Part shown: positions 53,458 to 64,000 of the stretch, one piece after another | Layout: each line of letters begins with the position of its first letter | Numbering within the stretch: position 1 is the first letter of the stretch | Source: Tricharina praecox | Taxonomy: Eukaryota | Direction of reading: 5' to 3' | Assembly (NCBI RefSeq): GCF_024521635.1 | Contig: NW_026250408.1 | Location: forward strand, 1,116,001-1,180,000 | Length of the DNA: 64,000 bases | The notes under the pieces: model-generated | The model's input: the letters and a program-made list of their open reading frames with translations, nothing else | Told to the model about the DNA's origin: nothing | The model's database searches: none | Translations under genes and position numbers: made by a program

Positions 53458-53814
53458 ATGTCCAATCCCAAGCCTACCGGTAATTCTGACAGCCTCGGGG
53501 GTGTCCAGATCCCACCCAACGCGTTCGACTTTATCCCCGACATGGCCGCGTTGATCAACCGAGTCTTCAGCGACGAACTGGACCCGAAGGACATCATCCG
53601 CGAGTCGAACCACATCCTTCTCAACCTGAACAAGGCGCGCGAGCTGATCGCCAACCTACCGTCGGTCGAAAAGACCCTCGAGGAACAGTACGAAGCTGAG
53701 AAGGCGCTTGAAGAGCGCATAGCTTTGCAGCGCAAGATGCTCAAGGAGGTTGCCGAGATGGCGGAGGTGAAGGATGTGTTGCAAGGGTCCGTAGAAATGG
53801 AAGTTGATCGCTAG
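53458..53814 (+). CDS. MED9: Mediator subunit 9 (Med9/Cse2)-like
   Basis: FDFIPDM..LINR..LDPKDI..ESNHILLNLNKARELIANLPSVEKTLEEQ..E.KALEERIALQRKML fits the Med9 pattern. Confidence 0.8.
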   Translation: MSNPKPTGNSDSLGGVQIPPNAFDFIPDMAALINRVFSDELDPKDIIRESNHILLNLNKARELIANLPSVEKTLEEQYEAEKALEERIALQRKMLKEVAEMAEVKDVLQGSVEMEVDR

Positions 53815-53906
53815 GCGCGAAAATTAAAAAATTCTCGGACTGTTGAAAGGGTGAAGGAGGTCATGAATTTTATGATGCCTATAAAGAAGGAGAGGAAGAT
53901 AAGCAG

Positions 53907-55275
53907 ATGAGAGCTATAAAGGAGAAGGTTATGAATGTTGTTTTTCCTTTCAAGGAGAAGGAGAAGGAGAAGCAGATGGGGGCTGTAAAGGAGGAGGAGA
54001 ATGGTTTTCAGTATACTAATCAGGAAGAAAAGGAGATGGCTGCGGAAATAGAGAAGATGCAAAAGGAGCTGGCTGCTGCTCGGGAGAAGTTGGAGGCGGC
54101 GAACCTAAAGAGGAGGATGGTACCTACCATGAAGGAAACGGCTACCACTGGAGACAGAGCGATCGAGAGCTACGCCTCTATCATGGACAACGTGTCTGGC
54201 ACTGTCAGGAACGATATAATCGAAGGCCCGCTGTCCATTAAGGACATCAACAAGACTGCCAATTCCGAGATGAGCAATTCCGAGATGGCCAATTCCGAGA
54301 CCAAGTCTGTCAGAACCGAGGCAACCACCATGAAGGAAACGGCCACCACTGGAGGCAGAGCGATCGAGAGCTATGCCTCTATCGTGGACAACGTGTTTGA
54401 CACTGTCGGGAACGATATGATTGAAGGCCTGTCGTCCATCAAGGACAGCATCAATACAGGTATCCACCGTCGGGGCCGATTCAAATGAAGGCGGTTCAAC
54501 TGACGATCTAATCATAGGCAGTACCAACGTCAACGTCCTTTCTGCCTTGCGGAAGCGGAAACGGAGTCAGTCACCCGGGGCGGAATCCCCGGCGAAATAC
54601 AACAAGACTTCCGCCGTCGCGAAGATGCCTACGCTCGCCGATTCTGCCCCGATCCTTGCCGGCACTCCTGCGGTGGGAGCCGATGCTACTGTGGAGGCCG
54701 ATTCCCTTGCGACAAAGCCGAATACTCCCAAAGCACCTATTGTGCAGTCCGAGTCTGTTGCGAAGGGTTCGCCTATTGTGGTGAACCCGGATCCTCCTAG
54801 CACTCGTGTTGTGGAGGTGGGCGCATCCGCAGAAGCCGGCGTTGCCGGGGATGCCGGTGCTGGTTCCTCTCGCCCTCCTACTGCTGCAGAGGCTATAAAG
54901 CCTAAGCGCAAGTATACGAAGAGGAAGACCGCCGAGGCGGGTCTCGAGGGGGCGGAGGAGCCGAAGCCCAAGCGCGTTTACAAGAGGAAGACTGCTGCTC
55001 CTGAAGCCGAACCTGCTCCTGAGGTCGGGCTTGCTCCTATCGCCGAGGAGCAAAAGCCCAAACCCAAGCGCAAGTATACGAAGAGGAAGACCGCCGAGGC
55101 GGGTCTCGAGGGGGCGGAGGAGCCGAAGCCTAAGCGCGTCTACAAGCGGAAGACACCTGCTGTTGATGCAGCAGGTGCTTCTGTCGCTGAGGGTTCAAAG
55201 CCCAAGCGTACGTACAAGAGGAAGACTCCGGCCGCGAAGGGTGTACCCGCCCCCGCCCCTGCCCTCAAGGAGTGA
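53907..55275 (+). CDS. Hypothetical protein with internal duplications and basic KPKR(K/V/T)Y..RK repeats; true 5' end uncertain
   Basis: ORF 53907-54459 is spliced via a 58-nt intron (54460-54517, GTATCC...CTAAT..TAG) to 54518-55275. Duplicated 96-nt units differ only at synonymous sites. Confidence 0.7.
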
Positions 55276-55906
55276 GTTTGTTGTTTGTTGTTTGTTGTGG
55301 TTCGGTTTGGCGCAGAAATGGGTTGTTGTGCACACTAGTTAGTGGGCGTGGAGCTTATCTCCCGTCCTAGCTAGTTCCCTTGATAGAATGCAACGATGGC
55401 CCATTATCTCTTCACTCCTTCATGTTATGTACCTCTCAAATCCTTGCTCTCTTTGTATGGTCTGGTGAAGAACGTCCGTGCGAATCCTCGGCCATGGAGG
55501 ATGGAACTGAGCGGAGACGACATAAAAACGTGTCGGTAAGGAAAACGTTGACTGCTACGGCATTGCAGATACCTACCCCGGATGGAGGGAGGGTTTTGAG
55601 GAAGAAGAAGTGATGGTATTTGTGCCTCTATGTAATAGTGAGGATCGAATGGGAAGAGTGATAGTGAGTGTACTAAGAGAGAGAGAACATCAATTTATTG
55701 TCGCATGCAGCCTATCTGGACTATGGCGAACATCAAGGGTCAAGTTGGTATTGGCCCTTGGATGTTTTTATACATGAGTGATAAGCAGTGACGCGCCATG
55801 AGAGTCGAGGAAAAACAACTCATGGCCCGAGGCCGTGTGGAGTAGGTAGGATTCCGGCAGCATGCTGGACATAGGATAAGCCATGGAGATTAGATCGGTG
55901 TATAAG

Positions 55907-57445
55907 CCGCCTACACCAGCACAGGTGAACTTGTCACCATTGTCGACGCCTCCACCCAGGTATGTCTAAGAGCTCGTTGACTTGGTCCACGTCTGCTGGG
56001 TAGCCGGTCAACGCCCCGTAGAAAACATTCCATGGAAGTCAGTATAGTTCACGGACGAAAATATTAGAGGGAAGCATACTGGGGAGATATGCGATGAACG
56101 GTTTCTCCTCCTCAGAGGAGCCGCTGGGCGACCATCTGGGGGCGGTCATCAATTTTATTTCGCATCTATGAGCCTTTGTAGACTACGGCGAACACCAACT
56201 ACACAACCAACCCTACTCCGTCCGCGAGTCTAGCTATGCGGCTCTCCCTATTGCCCTACTGGCCCGATCGATGGTTATCAACTTATCACTCATCCCCACC
56301 ATCCTCCTCAACTCCTCCACCTCCTCCTCCCAGTTTTTAGATTCGTCTTCCTCCACAGAAGGAGACTCATATCCTCCTTCCCATTTTTTCTCCCTAGCCC
56401 TTCTTCCCATTTTTTCTCCCTAGCCCTTCTTCCCACGCGCTTCGTCTTCCGCGCCCGCGCGGAAGTGCCGGTCCCGTAGGACCTCCGGTTGCGCAGCAAC
56501 CGGCACTCCAGCCCAGCTGGAATGGCGAGACTTCTGGAGATTTCCAGGTTCCTCCGACCCACCGCGTCTCACTGGCTCCGCCACCACCGCCGGCCACGCA
56601 GCGCTGGGCCGATTCGTTGGCGTAGCTGTGAATTCCACCGGTTATGTAGTTGGTCAACTCGTACATAAGCTCTTAGTAGAATGCTGTGCGGCAACCGGAA
56701 CACCAGCCCAGCTGCATCGATCGGCTCGTGACGGTATCCGCGCGGTGGGCTTGGGATTCTCGCCGTTCTAGTTCTATGGCTCCTTGACTTTAGAATCCAG
56801 CCGCCCCAATGGGTGTCCTATCACCGTTCCGCAAGCTCCAGCGCAGAGACCCGCACCAGTGGTAGTGGTCATAGATCGCCGTCCTAGACGTTTCTCACAC
56901 CAAATCAGCACCTGCACTGTAATCCATAGCAACATCACCACGGTCGGTTCAAATCTTTGCCTGCCACTTACGCTTCCTGGTTCCTACTCTGCCGGGCAGT
57001 CCGTAGGTTCTTCCGTTTCAAATCCCGGCCGCCCGCACCAGCACAGGTGAACCAGTGTCACCATCATCGACGCCTCTACCTGGGTAGGAGGACTCGTCGA
57101 CTACCAGGGCACCCGGCAGACCCCCCGAAGACGATCAACGTCTTCGGGGGTATCTACCCAGCAGACCCCCGCCGCCGGTGGACCAGTTTTGATACCACCG
57201 GGATAACCAGCAGACGGTCCACGTCTGCTGGGAAGCCGGCGACCCCCACCCTACATCCTATAGAAGTCAGCACAGTTCGCAGACACAAACAATGGAGGGA
57301 AGCATACTGCGGAGGTACCTGACGATCGACTTCTCCTCCGAAGAGGAGCTATCGGGCGACCATCTGGTCGCCCCGCTTCATCTTCCGCTCCCGCGCGCCA
57401 GCCCAGCTCGCGCGAGGAGACTGCTGGAGATTTCCAGGTTCCTCG
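55907..57445 (+). repeat. Degenerate direct duplication (about 55907-56555 vs 57028-57445)
   Basis: Shared blocks in the same order: caccagcacaggtgaac, ggtccacgtctgctggg, gagggaagcatactg, gggcgaccatctgg, ctggagatttccaggttcctc. Confidence 0.75.
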
Positions 57446-58565
57446 CTGTTTGTCTTTTCTTCTCCCTTCTTCCCTCGGCGGAGGGGTACGAAGAACACCA
57501 TGGTGGGTTGTGGCCACAGCCCACTCCCACCGCGTATCGTTCGCACCGGCGGGAAACGCCGGTGTTCATCGGCAACATCGCCTTGGTGGAATAGGTTCCA
57601 GCGAGTGCAGGATCGGGTAGGTTGTTTTCGAGGTGGTAGTGGTCGTATTGGGTTGTATCGCGGTTGTATTATGGTTGTGTTGTGAAGATGAGAAGAAGCT
57701 GATGAGAAGATGAGAAGATGACAAGATGAGAAGAGAAGAAGTTGTATCGATGTGTCGTTGGGGTTTTGTGTTGCATTGTGGGGGCGTGAAGCCAGAGATC
57801 GTGCAGGCAAGAAATCGCAACCCTAACGCTTGGAAGGGAGCCCATAGAAGGTCGTCGAAGGGCACGGACCAGTTGGTCGTTGTCGTGCCCTACCTACCCA
57901 AACACTTTCCCGCTGCTGTGTGCTCGTTTACTACTCGAGTACTGGAACCACGTGCATCGTGAATTACCGCATTCGGATTCAGATTCTAAGAGGGTTTCAT
58001 CGAAAACTCGAGAATGGGAAGTGGGAGGAATGACTGAGAGGGCTCGAAGGATTGTGTTGACTACCTACTGGATTCTTTTACCTACTCTTTGCTTTTTATG
58101 GGCGTAACTAGCGCTTGGATAGGGTTTGTTATACTCTACATACTCTTCCTTGTGTTGTGTGTGTGGGTCCGTCGAATGCCTCGTCCATCGTCCGTGAAGC
58201 CAGTTGACGGATGTCTGGTCACTGGATGTGCAATATACCCGTGGTGCAGTAGGTATTGCAAGTAGCATGCCTTATATATCACTCGATCATCGAACTCCAT
58301 GCAGAGTAATATCCTGTTTTATTGGTTAACTAATCACCGCTGCATTCCACCTTCCGTAGATCACGGCAGTCAATCTACAAAGCCGGTTGCCATGTAGAGT
58401 AGGTAATGACATTCAGGCTAAGGATACAACATCAGTATGTTACAGTGAATCTTGATTCTTGTGGCAGGTGCTATTGCAAAGCGTCGCCTACTATAAAGGG
58501 CAACGTTCCCATTCCCTCGCTGGGCCATCAGAGCCGTCTACTGGTAACGACAACCAACCCCCAGC

Positions 58566-59756
58566 CTACAAGTGTTTCCACCCATTACTCCTCAGCACCT
58601 GCATCTCATCGATCAGACAATCCGCACCGACCTCGGTACCGCCCCAGCTCTGCAGCCTCCTCGCGATCCTCCCGTCCCTCCACGGCAGTCCCAGCACGCC
58701 GGTCACCAGCGCCGTCACCCACCCCCACGCCCTCTCGCGCCACGTCGGCCAGTTCCTGGTGCCTTCATACGCCTCTACGGTGTACCCGACCCTCACTTGC
58801 GTATTGACCCACACGCCCCTGCCCTTCTCCCTCGTCAACGGGTTATCGTAGTGCACAAGACAGCACTCACTCCCCTCGACGTGCAACTCCGCCAGCGCGT
58901 CGTCCACCCCGCGAAACCTGAGCCCCCCGGCCCCCAAGAACGGCCGGGCATCGAAGGCGACCATGCCGTTCCAGCACGAGCTGACGGGCACCTCTGGTGC
59001 CCCCGCGGCGAGCAGACGGCGCGACAGTCCCGCGCCGAAGTACGGCCAACGCTGGGAGACAGCGGGGCGGCCCTTGCTATCGCGCAGCGCAAAGGTATCG
59101 TAGAACTCTCTAGCGTAGCGGAAGTCGAGCGCGCAAGCGGCGGCGTAGTTGCCGTCGCGGGTGTTCAGGAGGGTGAGGGCGTCAGCGGCGGTGAATACCA
59201 CGTCGTTGAGGAAGAGGATCCGGCTGAAGCTGTGGGTGGCGTTGGTGATCGCCGGGTCCTGCAGCGGCGAGAGCACCAGGTTGCGCAGGCGCGCGAGGTA
59301 CGGGATCCGTCGCAGCTCCCAGCGAGCTGAGGCGCGGTTGAAGAGCCAGCCTGGCTCGTTGAGGCCACGCGGACGCGATATCTCCTCCGCGTGGGTGACC
59401 TCGTCGAGGATGATGGACCGTGGCACACCGAGCTGGCCGAGCGAGTGGTCGAGCGCCCGCAGCTGCGACTTGGTGTTGTCCCATGACCCTGACTCGTACA
59501 GGCTGAAGTAGACATTCTCGGCGCCGAGGTGCTCGATGAGCGAGAGGACCGCGGCGGACCACACGGGTAGGATCTTTGCGGAGTTCCAGTGATTGGAAGC
59601 TATGAGGATGCGGCCCTGGGGGAGGGGCAGCGGTGGTGGTGGTGGTGGTGGTGGTGGTGGTGCTGGGGTAGTGTGTGAATGGAAGTAGAAGACGAGGAGG
59701 AGAGTCACGGTGCAGAGGACGAGGAGGCGGTGGTGTCGATCGCGGATGCGGGCCAT
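58566..59756 (-). CDS. GT69 / CAP59-like alpha-1,3-mannosyltransferase (CMT1-like)
   Basis: Type II membrane anchor, poly-Pro stem, FSLYESGSWDNT, RRIPYLARLRNLVL, ILFLNDVVF, AAACALDF..FYDTFALRD, VSSCWNGMVAF, EGSECCLVH. Confidence 0.92.
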   Translation of the reverse strand: MARIRDRHHRLLVLCTVTLLLVFYFHSHTTPAPPPPPPPPPPLPLPQGRILIASNHWNSAKILPVWSAAVLSLIEHLGAENVYFSLYESGSWDNTKSQLRALDHSLGQLGVPRSIILDEVTHAEEISRPRGLNEPGWLFNRASARWELRRIPYLARLRNLVLSPLQDPAITNATHSFSRILFLNDVVFTAADALTLLNTRDGNYAAACALDFRYAREFYDTFALRDSKGRPAVSQRWPYFGAGLSRRLLAAGAPEVPVSSCWNGMVAFDARPFLGAGGLRFRGVDDALAELHVEGSECCLVHYDNPLTREKGRGVWVNTQVRVGYTVEAYEGTRNWPTWRERAWGWVTALVTGVLGLPWRDGRIARRLQSWGGTEVGADCLIDEMQVLRSNGWKHL

Positions 59757-61416
59757 GGTTTCGGTGGTGGAGGCATGGGCGGGGGAGATAGTGTGTAGGT
59801 ATTTCTAGGTGTGCGGCGGGACGGGAGCTTGGACGAAGGACGGGTCCAGTTTAACGTTTAATAGGGGTCGGTCCGGTACAGACTAACCAACTGGCGGTAA
59901 TTTCCCGTGGGTTCGAGTGTCTCACATGTTGACCACAGAGTCCGCGGGTTATACGAAAGCTTCAAAGCTTCCGGCTTGTGCTCCAAAGCACCACCGGAAC
60001 AGGGCAGCGTGGTGAGTAACAGAAACCGGGCAATTGATGCCACTCTTCAGCAAGAGGGCGTGTATTGGGGACCCACTTGAAGACTTACAAGAGGGGAGAG
60101 CACCAGAGCTGTATGGTTCACTATATATAGTACATTGGTAGCTACCGGTACCTAGCCTACCCATTGCCTTACCTAGTGGATCTCAAGGCATTCCCCGTTT
60201 TCGAAACAGCCGACTCACCGGGGAGAAACACGGTGAGCATGGCTTCCTCAGGTTTAAGTACTCATTGATGATTGCGTGCCTCTCTCCGCAGATGTGGTAG
60301 TCTGGCGTTGGTATTCATTGTCGACACTGCAAGTCTGCAACCTACATAGATCAAGCTACTACATAACTACTACTAGTAGCAACGGGCCATCTTCTCCTAC
60401 ATACTAGCCTCATCCACATGGCGAAGCAAATCCACTCGCGGACCGATGCCACACATTCATAGACTCCCGCTTCATCGGAGCGGCCCACGAGTTGATATTG
60501 AAGTGGGTTGCCAGCTACACAGCAGCTGGCAGACCTAGGGTGGGTATGTAGAAGAAGAGTCTGCTCGGTTGGAGAGACGGTGGATTACGCGGCCGCTACA
60601 TACACCCCAGATTGTACCTAGTGCTGCGGTGAGTATGAGGTATGCATAGGAGCCTGACTGACTGGTGATGAGTACATATGAATGGTGGGTGCTGGGGAGA
60701 GGTTTTGTACATGTACTATGCATAGTATATAGGGCGGAGAATGCTATGTAAAGAATTGCGGAATCACCGGCCATCATTCTGCCGTGATACTTTCGCTTCC
60801 ATATTCTTTCGTCATCTACCATACTTCCAGTAATAATCTACGTGCTATGAAACGCAGATACCACGCGGTGAACCTACAGCATATATCTAGATTCTACATT
60901 AGACCCCTTACGTGTACTCTAATTGAACGCCAGCTCGGTAGGGCCGCAGGGGTCACGTAACACAGCTCGTAGCTTTATGGTTTTTGTTTGTTTGTTTACT
61001 CATTGATTGCATTTCACAGCTGGTATGTAAGATTTTGCACGATGAGCTCCGCAGTCTACCGTCGAGTGACAAAAGAACTCCGCACTTGCACGCGTTGGAA
61101 ACTCAAAATCAGATGGGGGCGGGGCCAGGGCCAACAGGCGCCTCCGCAGCTTTCTTCATTCTTCGCAGTCCAATCACAAACACACCCTCGACATACAATT
61201 GAGATGGTCCTGGATCCTCTGCTCCTTTGCTCCTCTGCCCATGTCGCAAGGAAACACACCACCACCACACACCCTGCAAAGAATGAAAACACACAACAGA
61301 GAATGGAGAAGAACAGAATACCTTCCCTAAGCAAGCAAAGTAAACGCCATGGCACCAAAGTACGTACTTAATTACCCAGCTCGACCCGCATATCGCCATA
61401 TCGCCTTCGTACCGCC

Positions 61417-64000
61417 TTAACACAGTCCCGCTTTCGACATCTTCATGATAGCGATAACGGGCTCGCTGATGCCGCGGCCCTCGACCGCTCCCAGCGTCAT
61501 TCCCGAGCGGTAGCCCATCTTCTCGAGCATGAGACGGCCACGGTTGTCCGCGCTGAGCGCGGGCGCCTCGGCTCCGACCTTCATGCCCTCGCGCAAGCCG
61601 CCGCTTCTTGCACCGCCGCCGCCACCGCCGCCACCGCCTCCAGGCGCTTTCCGTCCGCCGCGGGATCCAACGTCCATGCGCTTTGCGAACCGGCCGGTGC
61701 GGAGGACCGAGTCGATGCCTTCCTCGTCGAACTCGAAGACCCCAGAGCGACTGGTCTTGATAAGGGTGGTGAAGCGGCCGGTACCCTTGCCGACGCTCTT
61801 GCTCTTGAGGTTCAGCTTGTTCGCGAGGTTGTGCACAACCTTACGGTCGAATTTCGACATGGGAGGCAGAGCAAGACTGCGAATGGTAAGTCGAGATCCA
61901 TTGGGAAAGATTGGGCCACATACCTGTCGTTCCCGCGAAGCATGAACGTGCGGATCTCCTCGTACACCTGTGTCATGGTCATGCCCACTTTGTACTTCTC
62001 GACGAGCAGCGGCTGGCCAGTCTTGCGGGCCTTCGAGTTAAGCATTCCCTGGGCGCGCAGCTCCTCCCGTTGGATCTTGCGTAGCTTCTTCTTCTCTCTG
62101 TCGCGCTGCCAGGAAGTCGCCATCTGCGCCTCCATATCTGAGTCTGATAGGTTGAGATCTGGCATAATCTTTCCCTTACCCTTCTTCTTGCTGACGATCG
62201 ATGGCCTTTCCCAATCCATGACGAAGCCGTCGTACTCTTCAGCCATCTTGGATGCGGAGGGGTAATGACCTGACCTGGGATCGGGCGTGATGTCAGGCAG
62301 TCCTTGACGTGATTTACGTTTCTTATTCTGTTTGCGACGCTGGCCAATAGGGAAGAAGTCGTCATCCAGATCCATAATCTCAGGGAAGCCATCGTCAACA
62401 ATACCCAGCATTTTCCGCTCCTCGTGACGCTGCAGCATACGGGCAAGTTTGAGATCCAGATCTTCATCGTTCTCGTCATCATCCTCGTCTTCTTCGTCAT
62501 CTTCCTCATCGGAGCTGTCTGAACCGCTGCTTTCTGACATCTGTGCCGCCTGCTTAGCTACGAAGGTTTCGAACTTCTTGATATGAGCCGCAGCCGACGA
62601 ATCAAGAATATCAGCAAGAGTCCAAGTGGCGTCGTCGGTCTCGTAGCCGTCCCACTTTATTAGGTACTGCAAACCGCTGGGACGAGAACGTTTCCGGAGA
62701 ACCGATGAGATCACACCCTTAGGGCCTTCGTCGTCGGTGCTCACGGCATCAAAGTCCTCGAGCCGATCTTCCGTCCAGCCAATCTTGTACCGGCGAACAG
62801 CATCAGAGTCCGAAGCTTCCTCATCCTCGTCGGTCGATGAGTCGTCGACCCATGCGGAATCGTCGACATCGAGGTCGCGAAGATTAACTGTCATGGTAGG
62901 CTGATTGCCGCCACTCGCCAACGCTTCTTCCCGCATCTGAGCCGCGATATTCTCGATGTAGTCCTCGGCTGCTTCATCAAGGCCGCGACCGCGCTTGGGC
63001 GGCTTGCGGCGTTTGTTCCCTTGCGTGGCTCGCTTGTTAAATTTGCCTTTGGATTCGAGTCGGACAAAGTCTTCCTCCGGCTCTGGTGTCTTGGCTTCTA
63101 TAAGCTGCGGTAGGGCTATAGATGTGGATGATACAACAATCGTGGAGGCAGTAGTAGTCACAACAACTGGTTCAGTGCGGATGAACGGTTCGGGACTGAC
63201 GAAGGTGGTGGTAGCAGGCTTGGTAGTCTTCTTCTGTGACTTAGGCGGCGGGGCACCACGTCGACCCTTGGGTACAAAGACAATCTTCTCACTGGTATTG
63301 GATGAGATGGAAGGAGTTGGCGATGGGGCTCGCACGACGGGAGCCTCAAACTTCGGTACGACATTGGTATCGCCAGTAAGGTCCATGACGAATTCTAAGT
63401 TCTCCTCCGATTCCTTCTCCACCGGTTCAGCCATCTCGTTACCACCCAGATCGAGCTTACCGACGTCGAGCCCTTCCATCTTGTCCTCGTCGAGTCCGGC
63501 TATCTTGTCCTCGTCGCTTGACTGCTTCTCGGCTGATAGAGGCGTTGAAATCTCTGCCGGGGTGGTGGTTGGTGACGAATCAATTCCCTCCGCGGGTCCA
63601 TCCCTACCCATCGTCTCGTCGCGAACTTCCTCACCAGGCTCCGCATTGAGGGGTTTCAACAGGTCGGCAGGGTCGAGTGCGCCGGCTGGGATGAAGCTGA
63701 TTGGACCCAATGTTCGAAGTTGCGAGCTCCAACTGTGTCGTTCCGTATTCCGCGCCTCTTCCCGCATCGAAAACGCTGTCGAAACATCAGCAGCTATATC
63801 TACGGGGAGCAAGACAAGACAAACCATGGCTACCCGGCGAGCCCGGATATTCCTCAGATTGGAATTGACTGTCCCTGCCACCGAAATCTGTACCTCCGCG
63901 TCCACGACCACGCCCGCCTCCGCCTCTACCTCTGTAGCCTCCTCGTGCGCCGCCACCACGCGAACTCCCTTCTCCAGCGTTGCCACCTCCTCTTCCTCTA
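61417..64000 (-). CDS. SQS1: Sqs1/Pfa1-like R3H and G-patch domain protein; 5' end beyond the window
   Basis: WQRDREKKKLRKIQREELRAQG; intron 61923-61877; R3H domain LPPMSKFDRKVVHNLA..LKSKSVGKG..RFTTL; G-patch NRGRLMLEKMGYRSGMTLG. Confidence 0.88.

Noticed and set aside
53826..53832. A-AAA-AAT slippery heptamer after the MED9 stop as a programmed -1 frameshift site
   Set aside because: The -1 frame hits TGA at 53844 before reaching the downstream ORF.

Overview
Eukaryotic DNA from a filamentous ascomycete: GC-rich genes with short GT-AG introns and CTRAC-type branch points; Pezizomycetes is a tentative guess. About 30 protein-coding loci are present. Most are housekeeping genes: PTH4/ICT1, NAB3-like, LETM1-like, prefoldin 3, AAR2, YTP1-like, EFM5, UBP8, LACTB2-like, NDUFA9, LPD1, TSR3, ASF1, SRO7, a HAD hydrolase, COG3, FMP25, eIF3k, FMN1, iPGM, MED9, a GT69 mannosyltransferase and SQS1. 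Two accessory stretches lie at about 9.0-19.8 kb and 53.8-58.4 kb. Highlights: (1) a HET-domain gene whose three in-frame stops and single frameshift all fall on apparent Trp codons, the pattern expected if A-to-I editing repairs premature stops, although a plain pseudogene is not excluded; it sits between two inverted copies of an LTR-like repeat. (2) The MED9 UAG is followed after only 92 nt by an ORF with basic KPKRKYTKRK repeats, a possible stop-bypass fusion. (3) A box C/D snoRNA in eIF3k intron 1 has a guide matching LSU rRNA near the A-loop. (4) A candidate poison exon lies in the NAB3-like gene. All gene names come from motif recognition by eye, not from database searches.
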